A stretch of DNA of 64,000 nt from Paragordius varius. Lineage: Eukaryota; Animalia; Nematomorpha. The stretch is taken from the NCBI GenBank assembly GCA_964247055.1, contig OZ176054.1:10912001-10976000 (forward strand). The letters run 5' to 3'. The notes under the pieces were generated by a model, which was given only the letters and a program-made list of their open reading frames with translations, was not told the DNA's origin and did not search any database. Every line of letters begins with the position of its first letter. Position 1 is the stretch's first letter. Both the position numbers and the translations under genes were made by a program. Of the stretch, positions 1-13,402 are shown one piece after another.

Positions 1-146
1 AAAAGGTTAAAAAGATTAACAATAAAAACAGGTGAGATTGGTTGTTTTAATATTTATTTTGAAAGATATAATGTATTACAATATTATTTAGTGAGTGCAT
101 CTCCAAGGACAAAATAGTGATTAGATTTTTTATAACAAATACTTTG

Positions 147-268
147 AAAAGTTGTGTAAATAAAGTAATTAATACCAATTAATGATGGATTTAATTTTCT
201 ATAAAAACCTTTGGCTTTTTTATATTATGCAGCTACATATTTTATCCCAATCCCAAAAGTATAAATAG
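147..268 (+). promoter_or_regulatory. Putative promoter of gene A: conserved AAAAGTTGTGTAAATAAAGTA block (147-167) and TATA box TATAAATAG (260-268)
   Basis: Both motifs recur in the same order upstream of paralogue B (23873-23893 and 23969-23977). The TATA box lies 64 nt (A) and 59 nt (B) before the ATG. Confidence 0.55.
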
Positions 269-323
269 GTCCCAGGCTTTATAATTATTTCATATCTTAA
301 TTTTAAGTTTTAAAATAAATAAT

Positions 324-3300
324 ATGCAATCCATCTTTTTAATCCTATTCTCTGGTAAGATTTGTGATAAAACACACCGTAGTTATAACCAGGACACAAT
401 TTATTTATATTATTAACTTCCAGAATTTTTTAAATTTGTAAGTATTGTATACAGTATTTTATTTAAAACTTTTGTGTGATTTTAGTTTTGTATTTGGAAT
501 TCGTAAACGGTCAAACATGTTTGGGGCCCGATTTTACCGGCTACCGTAGAGTATCATGCCAAAGGTAAACTATTTCTACTTATATTTTGTAGGTTACATT
601 TTAAATACTCTTTTTTGATATATTTATTATCATAAATTTACAGAGGAACCCCAAGATGCCGAAATGGAGCACGATTTGAAACGTGTGGAGTGGTTTATAT
701 TTTAACCTTTTTTGTCCTTTTTTAACGTTTAATTTTGGCTATTTAGCAGTCTTGCAAATTAAACGAAAATATAGCATCAAAAATTGGTTTGGCTATGATT
801 TTTCTAAACACTATTATGAAATATTAAATTAGGTTAGTCCTATAGGAAGCGTGGCAGCTAACATTGAAAAGTGCCAAGAGTTGAACGATGATGTAGAATA
901 TCAAGTCGTTCTACCACAAGGTATGCATTTGCATATAATTTATAACTATCAAAAATGATTATAATGGTTGTACCTTGTTTTATAATTTTCGGCTTAGTAA
1001 GGAATAATTTGTTATGCATAAATTAGTATTACTTAACTTGATTACCAAATTATTCTTAAATTATTGTAAATCGAGCGAACGATACCCGGAAAAATACATT
1101 TCATTTCATGCTTCCTGGAAATAAGTCAAAACCTAATACTGCATGACAAGATGGGTTAAAAAATATATTCGTTTGAAATTTTTTTACCTTGCTCATAACG
1201 TTATGAAATCTACTGTTATTAGTATGCTATGAAACTAATTTGATTATAAGGTAAATTGTTTGAATTACTGCAATGAGCTGCCAAACAGGTAAAAAAATTG
1301 ATACTATTTTTAAATGATTGTAATGAATGACTATGTGCTTAGATCATACATTTTAAATGTTGTATTCCTACTTTATTAAACCGAACTCATTCTTAAAAAG
1401 TACCAGCACTTTAAATCAATAAATGTTTCCAATACCGAAATTAACTAATACCACATTTTAATATAACAGAATGAGCACCTTAAAATTTGCTGGATATCTA
1501 TGATAATATGGTTTATAATCTATTGTTTCCTTAATATATTCCGAAATATTTGTAAAGTCTTCAATGATAACACAAAAAATTATAATTACAAAAACACTGT
1601 TTGTTATCCTATTCACATTTAGGCTGAAAACGTCTGTTGTAAAATTTAGGGATTATATAAAATATTAAAATACAGTCATGTATCTTTTATCAAAAATTTT
1701 TTGTTAAATGGGTATAAATTTTGTTGAATGAAAAAAAACGAGCTCTATGGTATTTAATAATTCATATTCATCAAAAAAAGTAAAAAAGTTTGCGGGAAAG
1801 GCGTCGAAAATCTTATATTGTAAATTCCGTGCTCTTTTAACATAAAATTTAAGATGAAGGGTTAGTTGTTAGTATAAATTAGTATAACACATTTTTACCA
1901 TATAATTTTCGACGCCTTTCTTCCACACTTCTTTTACTTTTTGTGAATATAATATTGTTAAATGCTAATAAAGCTCTAATTTTTCCGATCTTTAGCAAAT
2001 ATTTATACTCATTTAGCAAAAAAAATAAATTTATAACAAATTACCATGAAATAATATTTACCTAATCTAAAATTTTTTAATTATCTTCTGAAAACAGTGT
2101 ACAAAGTACTTTGATTCTATGGTAAAAATTAAACAGTTAAGTAAGTTCTCTTAGGTATTGCAAAACATAAACTAACAGTTGGAAACGATAATTCTCTAAA
2201 TAGATGTTATTCCTCTCAAATAGCTTCAATCATGTTGATATAATTCGATAAATACACAATATTTTGGCTTTTAACGAAAATGCCTTGAAAACAGTGACTT
2301 TCGTTGTTGTCAAGTACTATATATAGGGTGAACAGACGTCCCGCTTTTTCACACTTTGTCCCGCGTCCCGCTACGTTTTTAAAATGTCCCGCTTTTTCAC
2401 GATCATATAAAAAAAATTTTTTTAATACATTAAATTTTATATATTAAATTTTTTATCCGTTTAAACTTTTTATCATTAGTTCTCTTTGAAATCTATATCA
2501 ATTTTAAATTAAAATTTTTTATTTTTAAAAAAAAATATTTATTTTTTTCGAATTTATATCATATGATTATACACTTTGCTTCCCATTCCTACTGCCAAGA
2601 TTATTAAAAAGACAAATTAATTCCACAAATCGGTAGTTTATACGTCTACTCCAGAAAATTAAGGTAATAAAATATTTTTATATGCTAATATTAGTTTAAA
2701 AATATGAGTACAAAAAGAGGTTGTAAATTCAACGATGAATTAATGAAATGTTTTCCGTTTATCAAAAAAACGAAGAATGAATTATTTATTAAATGTTCTT
2801 TATGCGAGAGGGAATTTATCCTAGCACATGGCGGCAATGATCAAGCATATGGAAACACTGAAACTTAAAAAATGTTTAGATATGGCCGCATCATCTGACA
2901 AAAGCGATTTTTATCGAACAACTGCTTTTGGAGAGGAAGGAAAGAATTTGGCACTACCCGAAGGCGTTTTATCTTTTCACGCCGTTAATGACAATAATTC
3001 CTTTAGATCTATGGATTGTACCTGACAGGTTATTCGTACCTTATTCAATAAAAAATTTACATGTACCCATACAAAGGCTGAAGCCATTGTATGCAATGTA
3101 CTTTCGCTACATGCATTTTCTGAAATATAAAAAGATTCATATCGCTATACTCTGATGCATAAAATCACAAGGAAACAAAATTATTTCCCACTTTAATAAG
3201 TTATTTTGATCCAGAAACCGGTTAAAATTTTAGAGGTGGAAATTCCGACATAATTTATACTTCAATGATGAATGTTCTAGAAAAAAATTATTTAAAAGAC

Positions 3301-6300
3301 AAAATCATCGCATATTGCACTGACAACACCAATACGAGCTTCGGTGGAAAAGCAAGGAGGGGAACAAAAATTTTCATTTAGCAGATAATCTTAATCAAAA
3401 TTTTATTGCTGTTGGGTGTGCTGATTTGTTACCCCTAGATGTGGAAAATGTAGTTGTTAAAATATATTCCCATTTGTATATATACACGGTACGCGTTGAA
3501 ACTCTTAAGGAATTCTGTGAAAATACAGAATTTCAATATCAAAAAATGCTTGGATATTGTAAAACTTGTTGGTTAGCTCTTCTGTCAGCTATCGAAAGAA
3601 TTTTACAAATGTATGATCCTTTAAATCCTATTTTTTATCACAGAACAAATGTCCTACAACTTTGAAAAAGTTTCTTAAATTCTTCAAAAATATGGTTAGA
3701 GTTCATACATAATCAAACTTCTATCTTTCAAAATGTTATTAAATTGATAGAAGGTGACAAAATTTCGGCAATCGAAGTAGCCAATGAAGTTAGTAACCAG
3801 AAATTCCAATGTTTAGAAAGGTTAGCAAATAATTTTATAGCATTAACCATCCACAATATTATAAACAATTTATAAAAACAAGGCTTAAATAAATCGCCAA
3901 GATATCCTGTAACATATAAAAATGTTTTCTTAAAACTGTAAAGATTATTTGGAAGACTGGACGGTGCAATTCAATGAAATTGATCATTTTCATTGGATTA
4001 AAACCAGAATTTAATTGGTGCGATGTTCAAATTTGATTACATCTGCATCTCCCGAAAATTCCCAATAAGTAACAGAAAATTATTTTTTCTGAAGTATCAT
4101 TAGTTAAAAAATATATTATAATGAAAAACTTGAATTATGAACAACAGAATACAGTAATTATGTTCCATACAATAATATTTTTTGTGGATTTTGCACTATC
4201 TTTACTTGGAACCAACGCTGCTACTGAGCGCGTTTTTTTCACAGTAAATTAGGGTGTAAACATCGGAAAATTCAAATTTAAATGTTGAAACTTTAGAGGC
4301 CATTTTATCTGTCAAATATAATTTGACAATTTCTTGTGAAGACTTCTAGAATATTTTAGAAAATGATGACAATCTGCTAAAACGCATTCTCAAATAAAAT
4401 TATACTAAAAAATAAAATATTTACTATATTTAAATTGTAATTGTGTTAAAAATAAACAAATACAATAAATATTTTGTATAAAAATTTTTGGTTGTACTCC
4501 CCCATGCTCCTCCCCCCTTTCTCAGATTTGTCCCGCTTTTTCCTTCAAAAAATCTGGTCACCCTAACTATATATTTAATTTAAGTTCTTTTACGGATTTT
4601 TAGCATAACCCCTAATTTGCGCAACACATTTAAAATTTTTATTTTAAGTATGTTTTTATCATATTAGTGCGCAAATAGGCATTCCTAAAAAATATCTATC
4701 GTACTAAAAAATTTAGACAACTGTCGACTGACATGTACCTCGGATGATGGCGATGAACAAAACGGTGATGTGGTGGACGGAACGCTTGTGGGGGCAAATT
4801 TGTGCATAGGCGGACGGCTTTTTGCTATTCAGTATAATAATGATTATTTTTGTGTTTATGGTGGAAATTTTGTCTAACAAATAGTTTATTCGTTAACTAT
4901 GCTGCTCTAATCTATTTTTTATATGTAACTTATAAAATATCCGTTAAAAACAGGGGGGTCCAACACACATGGCTTCTTAGTGGGCATTTTAAATATATAT
5001 GCGGGTATTCATAATTATTTTATTTGTCAAACATAAGACTGTAAACAAACAGAAAACAATGTTTCTCGTTCGTTGTCATTTGCACACAAATCTATTTACG
5101 AAAAATCAATTTTATTAAGATATGTCAAGCAAATTTTGCATATTCATGTTTTGCGCGCCGCACATAATGTTTTGGAAGCCGCATGTTGGACACCCCTGGT
5201 TTAAAACATCGGCATGATATTTCACTGCTCATGGGCGTAAAATCGAATTCGATTGAAATTTACTAATTATGAATCTTTTATACTCATTGTTTTCGTGGAA
5301 TTGTTTTTAAATAATACTTATATATATTTTTTATTTTAGATATGGTGCACTTGTTCCACGTAAATATTTTCATTATTATATTTTTACAAATTTTGATGTT
5401 TTTTTAGAAAATTTTTAATTCTTAAATACTAAAATGTATAGCCGAGAATAAGATATCAATAAAAGCGCAAAAATTGTTAATCTACGAAATTAAAAATAAG
5501 ACACTGTATTTATATTGCATTATATATACACAGTACAAATATCCTGATAAAATTATACATTCTGATAAAAAATGTATGAGGTTATCATGGTGCTTTTTGC
5601 TTTTGGCCTTATGATTGATATTACCAGTTTTGTGATAACTGCTTCATATAAGAAAATGGAGAAATTTGCACGTATGTGCCATATTTTTTTTCGTGAAAGC
5701 TAAATGTTTCATTCCAAAAAATAGATGATATATCATAAGATATATAAATATAAAGCAAAACAAAACAGCTCCAATAATCTCAAATTTTTGCCTCCTTCTC
5801 TCCAATGGGGTTTTCTTTAAGGAAAGGCAAAAATATAGGGAATGCGTAATAAGAATTTTAAATATATGTGGATTATGACATCACAAAAAGTTTTTCCGCA
5901 AAAATGGATATTCACAGTAATTTATACCAAAATTTGTTTAGCGAGTTTTATTGTATTTTTAAGCATGGTGGAGACCGTAAAAAGCACCTGAACATATTAT
6001 AATAACACTTTTACTACATAATGCGATTGTGCTGAACTTATCTTTTTTATTTATACATGCAATGTTTTTTTTGTCAAAACACAGCTTATAAATAAAACAA
6101 AATGGGGTGATAGAATTGAGTATCATCAATTACACGAAAAAGTTATTTATAATATTTTGCTTGCCATTTAGATGCTCAAATATACCGTAAAATCGCTCTA
6201 ATTCGATTTTGTCAGAAAAAAATTTTTGTATGTCATAATTTATATATGAATTCTTGTCATGCATCTCGGTATTTTTATTTTTAAAGAAAAGCCCATTTGT

Positions 6301-6919
6301 AAGAGGAGCAAAAATTTTTGACTTTCGGAGCCCAAATCTAAATTAAATTTTCCAAAAAATATTGCTTTGCTTTTTATATGACTAGATGATATATTTTAGT
6401 AATATTTTTTGGAATGAAGCATTTAGCTCTCTCTCTCACACATACAAAATAATTATTAGCAAAATATATAAAATTTTGCCATTATCTGATATGGAGCAGT
6501 TATCATGCGGTAATATCTTTCTTATATCATTTGTAAAGCCGCGAACTAAATGCACCATGAGAATCATTATAAATTTATCTACCAGATTATATATTTAACT
6601 AAGATATTTTTTGTGTGTATTTTATAATTGCATTTAAATTTTCGAAGATGACTGAATAATTTTTTATTATTAAATTGTGGATTGATCACTTTGTAGAATT
6701 TGAAAATTGCCGTCCAGGATAATTTACCTAATTTAAATATCATAACAAATATTAAAACTCTATTTTTTACTTAAAGCGGTAATATGGTTTATTTATCTTT
6801 CAAATATATTTCTAGATGAAAATATTTTAGCGCAATTATTTCTGTACATTTTATTGATTGCTTTTAGCCATGTTTTTATCTCGTTATTTAGCGGCACCTG
6901 TTAGAACTCCCAGACCTGG

Positions 6920-6951
<32 letters not shown>

Positions 6952-9900
6952 TTAATAGGAAATCACGCATTTCCAATTTAAAATATGCATTAGGTTGTTC
7001 GAAATCATTATTAAAAATATGGAATATATTGAGGGATAAAAAATACTCTTAATTTAGTAAAACCATTAAAATCTAAAAATTGTTTTTCACTTATATTTTA
7101 AAGCATATATAAAAAAAGATTGACAAATTCGGCCCTAAATATTCTTAATATAAACAATTTTTCAGTCAAATGCAACATTTTTTCAAGCAAACGCAACATT
7201 TCTCAAGCAAAGAAAAAGCCTTGCATTAAAATGTTGGGTTTCGAAAATATATTGCGTTTGGTTGAAAAAATGCTTTTGTCTGAAAATTAGTGAAACTAAA
7301 TAATATATTATTTATAAGAATAATATTATCATAGGGTAAGAAGCATATCTATATATAATGGTTTTTATAATATTTTAAGTAACTCTCCCAGTTAGTGTCA
7401 AAGTCTTATGAACGCTTTTATTTGTTAATATGTGTATCTAATAGTAATTATCAGCGCAAAATTTTGTTTTTTAGGGTCATATTTTTTCATAAGGTCCCTA
7501 AAAACTGACAATATTAAATAATTTGATTCTGTGGTAAATGATTTTAATATTATTATTTAAATTCTGAAATATTACATTAAGAAATTTTACTAAATAAATG
7601 ACATTTGGGAATTAAGAGTTATATAAAATCATACGAATTTGCATAGTGCCGGAATCATACTTTTTAATAAACGGTCGTTGGATTCAAGAAAATTTTATAC
7701 GCGAAAATTGCGATCAAATGCAAATTTATCGATAAATATTTTTAATAAAAAATGACCGCATTCATCCTATAGGTCAAAAGACGTTATCAGTCGATCCCGG
7801 TTAAAATTTACAGTAATAATTAATAAATACTTCCCTAAATCGTGACAATAATAAAAATAAAAAGGTGTGTTTTTTTTCCCACGAGTTAAAAAAATGTTAT
7901 TTGCTTAGTGTTAATTGCTTGATAAAAAATCGCGAAATCATCTATCATATAATAAAAAAAATTTGGTAAAAGAAGGCTTTATTCCATACATTAAAATATA
8001 TGATATACTATTTCTAAAAATCAAAATATATTCTTATAAAATTAGATGTGAGTTTCGCAATTTTTTAATTTATTATTGCCCCCTCTAAAATGGGTTAGTT
8101 TCTATAAAATTAACCGAAAATGCCGAGATTTCGCGATATTAATATATGCTAAATTATGGCAATATGTTTTTTAAAAAATGTATACTTTGTTCAAAAATTT
8201 ATGAAACTACCGTAATATTATTTTAAGGATGGTGGAAATTTAAGATTTAAGATAATTTAAAAACACTTTAAAATTCTATATAGTTCTGCGATGAAGAAAA
8301 TTTCTATCTCAGAATTTGGAGTTTGTTTGACTTAATTGTTATATATAGTTATTTTGCCAAAATTTGAAAGCTGACGGTCCTTTAAATTAAAATTTCGAGG
8401 TGATAGAAAACAGCATCATTAAATTATATAGAAAAACTATCTTAAAGTGATTTTATTTTGTTTCCACTATGCTTAAAATACCATATTGTTAACCAAAATT
8501 TTGCTATAAATGAAAAATATGCATTTTTAAAAATTTTTTGCTGAAAAGTTTGATCGCACGATCTCGGTATTTCTACCTTAAATTTACAAAGCTTGGCCTT
8601 TTTGACCGATCTAAAAATTTGAGGAAGCCCACATCTAAAATTTAAAATTGTATAAAATTATTGTTTTGCTTTTTATATGTAGTTTATAATTAGTGATATT
8701 TTTTGAAATGAAGAAGTTAGATGTTAAAAAAAATTATTTAACATAATATGCGCAAATCGTCATTTTCTTATATGGAATTGTTACCACAAAAGTGGTAACA
8801 ACTTTTATATATCACTAGTAAGGCTTAAAGCCAAAAATGAAAATCCTGATGCATTTATCTATCAAAATACATATATATTTTTATCAGTTTGTGGAGACAC
8901 CCTGTAGATAAATAAAAATTTGTATAGAATATTATAAACTACAAAAAAATTTATTAAATTTTTTTTTCAAGTTGAATGAAAATTTCTAACCCACTTTAGT
9001 TAAGACCAAACGAAACCGGTTATAATTAATGTAATTTTGGCTTTAGGCCCTGTCTATCCTTTGGCTGATATAAACCATGTATTTTTATGCATATAAGAAT
9101 AAATATTGATATTCAAATTTTTTAATATATTATATTAGGCCGAGTCCGAGGCCCAGCCGGAGGACCAGGTAACTTTAATAACTTTTGCATAAAATATGTT
9201 AAAAAATTGAATTTTTTAGAGTATAACTACTAATGACTCAAAAAATAAGTTTTGTAATGCTGTATCAATAGCTTAAAGAAGCCTTTTTTGGGTTTCGTGT
9301 TTTCTCAATCAAATAATGATTTAAAAACATAGGTTTCAGATCTGATCCTATAATTGGGGTAATTATGTGCATAAAAATTCGTCTGCAAACAATAAATATA
9401 CGGATATGCATAAGTTAAATCTAATTTAATGGTTATAATTGTACGATTCCTTAGCTTATAATAATTCTAAACTTTTTTTTGCTGTTTTAAATAAAAGTCT
9501 TAAAAAAATTTCTTATTTATAAACGTGTCATGTTTCTTTATACTTGGCAAGGGAGGGGTCAAACGAAACCAAAACTGAAAGTGAGATCGGGTTAATTCTC
9601 AAAATAAATTTAAAGCGATTGATTAATTAGATAAACAAATAGCTTTGATTGAGGTTCTGGAAAATAAGAATATTTTATGCATATATTTAAATTTAAACAA
9701 ATTTATTAGGCAGAAGAAGAACAGCAACAGCAGGAGGTAACTAATAATTTTAATATTCCGCTCAATTATGTAATTTTCGACCACCTAAAAGTTTTAACTT
9801 TAATATATTAGGAAAAGAAATCATAAGATATTGGACTTCGAAATCTAATAGCTACTGTCAAAACAATTTTAAATAAATCATTATCAAATTACACTCTATG

Positions 9901-12900
9901 TTATTTAAATAAGATTAGTCGTGATTCATAGGCAGTCTCTTTAATTAATTAATTTATTTGTAAAAAGTTCAATTTTCTTTATGATATACAGTAGTATGTA
10001 TTTAGGATTATTTAAAAATATCTTTTAGATATAATATATTCTGATAGAAATTTATAATGATTACTAATTGAATGGAGACACGAATTATTTACAGTCATGT
10101 ATCCTTTATTTTATCAAAAATTTATTTTTTTTGTTAATTGGGTATAAATATTTGGTAAAGAATGGAAAAAACAAGAGCTCTATGGTATTATATATCATAT
10201 TCATCAAAAAAGTATAATAATTACCATAGAGCTCTTTTTTTCCATTCTTTAATTTATCATTTAATAAAGAAAGATAAATTTTTGATAAAATAAAGGATCC
10301 ATGACTGTAATTAAATTCGACTTTTGTGGTAATTGGTAGCTAAAACTCAGAAAATAATACACATTATATTAAAAAATTTTGGTAAAATCATTACCAAAAT
10401 ATTTTTTTTTATGAATTATATAATTTTAATTTGGGAGATGGAGGTGGGTTGCAAAAACCTTTTTAATATTTTAAATAATTTTTAAAAAAGAACAAACTTT
10501 GATATTTAATATAAAAATTTTGAAAAGCCTATTTATAATACTTTGAGGCATAAAATCGGTATTAATATATTATGTTATATCCATTTTTTCTATAATTTTA
10601 TGCTCAATTCCGAAATTTAATTAAAGGATACATCCGCCTTCGCATTTAAGCTAAACATAAAATGTGTTTTGACCACCAATTATTCAAATTTAAAATCGAA
10701 TGAATTTAAAAATATTGAGCTGATATTTCAGGAATTTTTATAATCTAGTTGTAACCTTCACAGTTTTGTTGTCTCATATCCTAAACTCTTAAACTCGCTA
10801 TCTATATAATTTTCAAAAAGGCGCTGAAAAGATTTGAATAGGCGCCAATATAGACTGTAGTAAAGCGTTGAGAATGTGTCATATTTCAGATTGTATGGAA
10901 TTTAAGCGGTGATTAATGCCAAAATCCATAGTTATAACTTAGGACCGGTAAGGTTAGTTCTTTTATCAAAATCTCCAAAATTGTTTTTCAAAATTTGCAA
11001 CATGTTTTATAGTTATCACCATCTGGAACCAATTATATGTTTGTGGTTTTGGTTTTCAGCCCTTCTATATACCCATTGGCAAATACAATCATGTGTTACA
11101 TCGATTTTTACTTTATAAATTTTTAGGCGGAGAGACACCAATACCAAGGGAAACATTTATAAAATTTACTAAACTTTTTTTTATTTTACAGCATTCATTA
11201 TATTTAAAAATGAGACTAAGAAGATTATATTTAGCAAAATAACATTCATATCGAATTAAATTCCAATTTATAAATAAACTCAAGACCGGACACCTGGTAA
11301 GAAAGATTAATTTTTGGTTTTAGTTGTTCACAAATATTTTAGGATAACCCAACAAACATAATTAAAAAATGGGAATATTCTCATTTAAATCGCTATAATT
11401 TATTGAATTAATAATATTGATGTCGTAATTTATAATAGTATATGAACAACGTCAAAATGTTTGATAAAGATCTGATATTAACATATGTAGGATTAAAAGG
11501 ATTTATTCTTATTATTGTGCGAAAATATTTTGAATAAATACACTAAACTAAGGTAACCTTATTTTTCAATGATTTCTTTAAATGTAATTTAAAAAGAAAA
11601 ATAACATTAAGATGTAAAGGCTAATAATAAAAACACTTATTTATTATCGGGGCAGTTTTTAAAAGTTTGCGAATACACACAATGTCCGTAATATTTGGTA
11701 ACTAAAATAAAAAAGCCTTTAAGTGCTTTTATCAAAAAATATTTTCAAAAAATTAATTGGGGACAACGTTTCCTAAATCATACTTTTTGCCGTCCGATTC
11801 TGGTGATTTTTACATAAACACTAAAATGGCTTATTAAACATATTATTATAATCAAATAAAGTTTAAAATTTAACTACAAAATGATAATTATGTTTGGACA
11901 ACATATTTTCCATAATTAAATTTAAAAACACCTGTTGAAATCCAAATTTACTGTAAACAGTCATAACTGTCTAATATGTTCATAATATATTTGATTATTT
12001 TTATTTATAAAACTTCCAATTATACTTTTTTCAAATAAATTTACCTAAATCTTTTTTGTCAATTAATTTTTGACACATTGTGATGCCTAGAGTGATGTGG
12101 AAACTTTAAATAGGGAGATCATAACTTAAAAATTATCTGGCAATTCGACTTAAGAATCATTAAGATAATAGATTTTTAGTATTTAATATTTTTTGATACG
12201 ACGTTTTAAATTATTATTATTTTTTTTATATTTTTATATTGAAGTTGCTGGGCCCCAACCTCAAGGTTTTAATATTTACTATTATTTTTTAACCATATTT
12301 TTAATATAATTCTTTAACACTAATAGGCTATAAAATATTTTACGACTCTAGCTTAATAGATTTATGGATATATGTCAAATTATATACTACCTATTATATG
12401 TAACCTTAATACTTTTAACTTACCTATATTTTTATCTTCTAACGACTGATATTAAAATCTTTTTGTAAAAAAATTATTATATCAAACTTTTTCGCAGCCA
12501 TTTTTTCTTTAAGTTTTTATAAAATTGTAACTCAACACGTAAAAAACTGTATGTGATCAATTAACTTGGAAGGCTTTAGAAATACGATTTACCACGAAAT
12601 TATTCCTATTTATTGATTAAATATCAGCCATTTGTTTTAATCGTGTTATAAGGCTCCTGATTTTGGGGGGGACTCTAGAAAAACTATAAAAATCTGTTTT
12701 TTAATTTAATCAGGAGAGGATTAGATATTTAAAATTTAACCAAAACAACTTCCAAAACACTAGTTTGTTTTTACCTTTTTTTGTCTGGGGTCGAACCAAA
12801 ATCTCGTGTACAAAAAATGAAAACGTAACGGAGTTTTAAATATAAAATTAATAAATGTAATCGATTAAGTATCATTATATTAAACAAATTACCTAAAACT

Positions 12901-13371
12901 CCAAAAGGAAAATATTTTTTGATAATACATAAGTATGTTATAACTGAATTGATTACACAATTAACTTTTACTAAAAATAGTATATGATTTTGGTTTGAAT
13001 CTCATCTTCGTGACAAAAATTTTTTATAATAATGTTTATTGACGTTTTATCGGTGTTAGCAACATAATAAAATCTAATTAGGCCAATTAATATTTTAAGA
13101 GATTAAATTAGAATAAAAAATGAAATTATACAGACAAAACGTAAAAATATGAAGACAAATTTTCTAATAGGCCACCATACTTTTTGAATCTTAATTTTAT
13201 AATGATCTCGTTGTTTCAAATATAAAGTAGGAAATAAAATTTATGTATTATACGATTAAATGAATTATTTTAATAGGATAAATAAGGTTTGAAATATCAT
13301 TGTCTTTTAGAATTTGTCTTTTACGTTTTGTCCCTATAATTTCAATTTTTACTGTATGATTTAGTAATTAA

Positions 13372-13402
<31 letters not shown>

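Noticed and set aside
6697-6717. 21-nt candidate microexon (FENCRP) after TTGTAG
   Set aside because: Donor would be GATAAT (not GT or GC) and it would add an unpaired Cys; not included without transcript evidence.
10943-11148. 5-nt candidate exon (10943-10947, GT donor) and a linker-like stretch GGETPIP at 11127-11148 after a good acceptor
   Set aside because: The 5-nt exon alone shifts frame. The second stretch has no GT/GC donor (GGAAAC). It may be a decayed microexon but is unsupported; RNA-seq would settle it.
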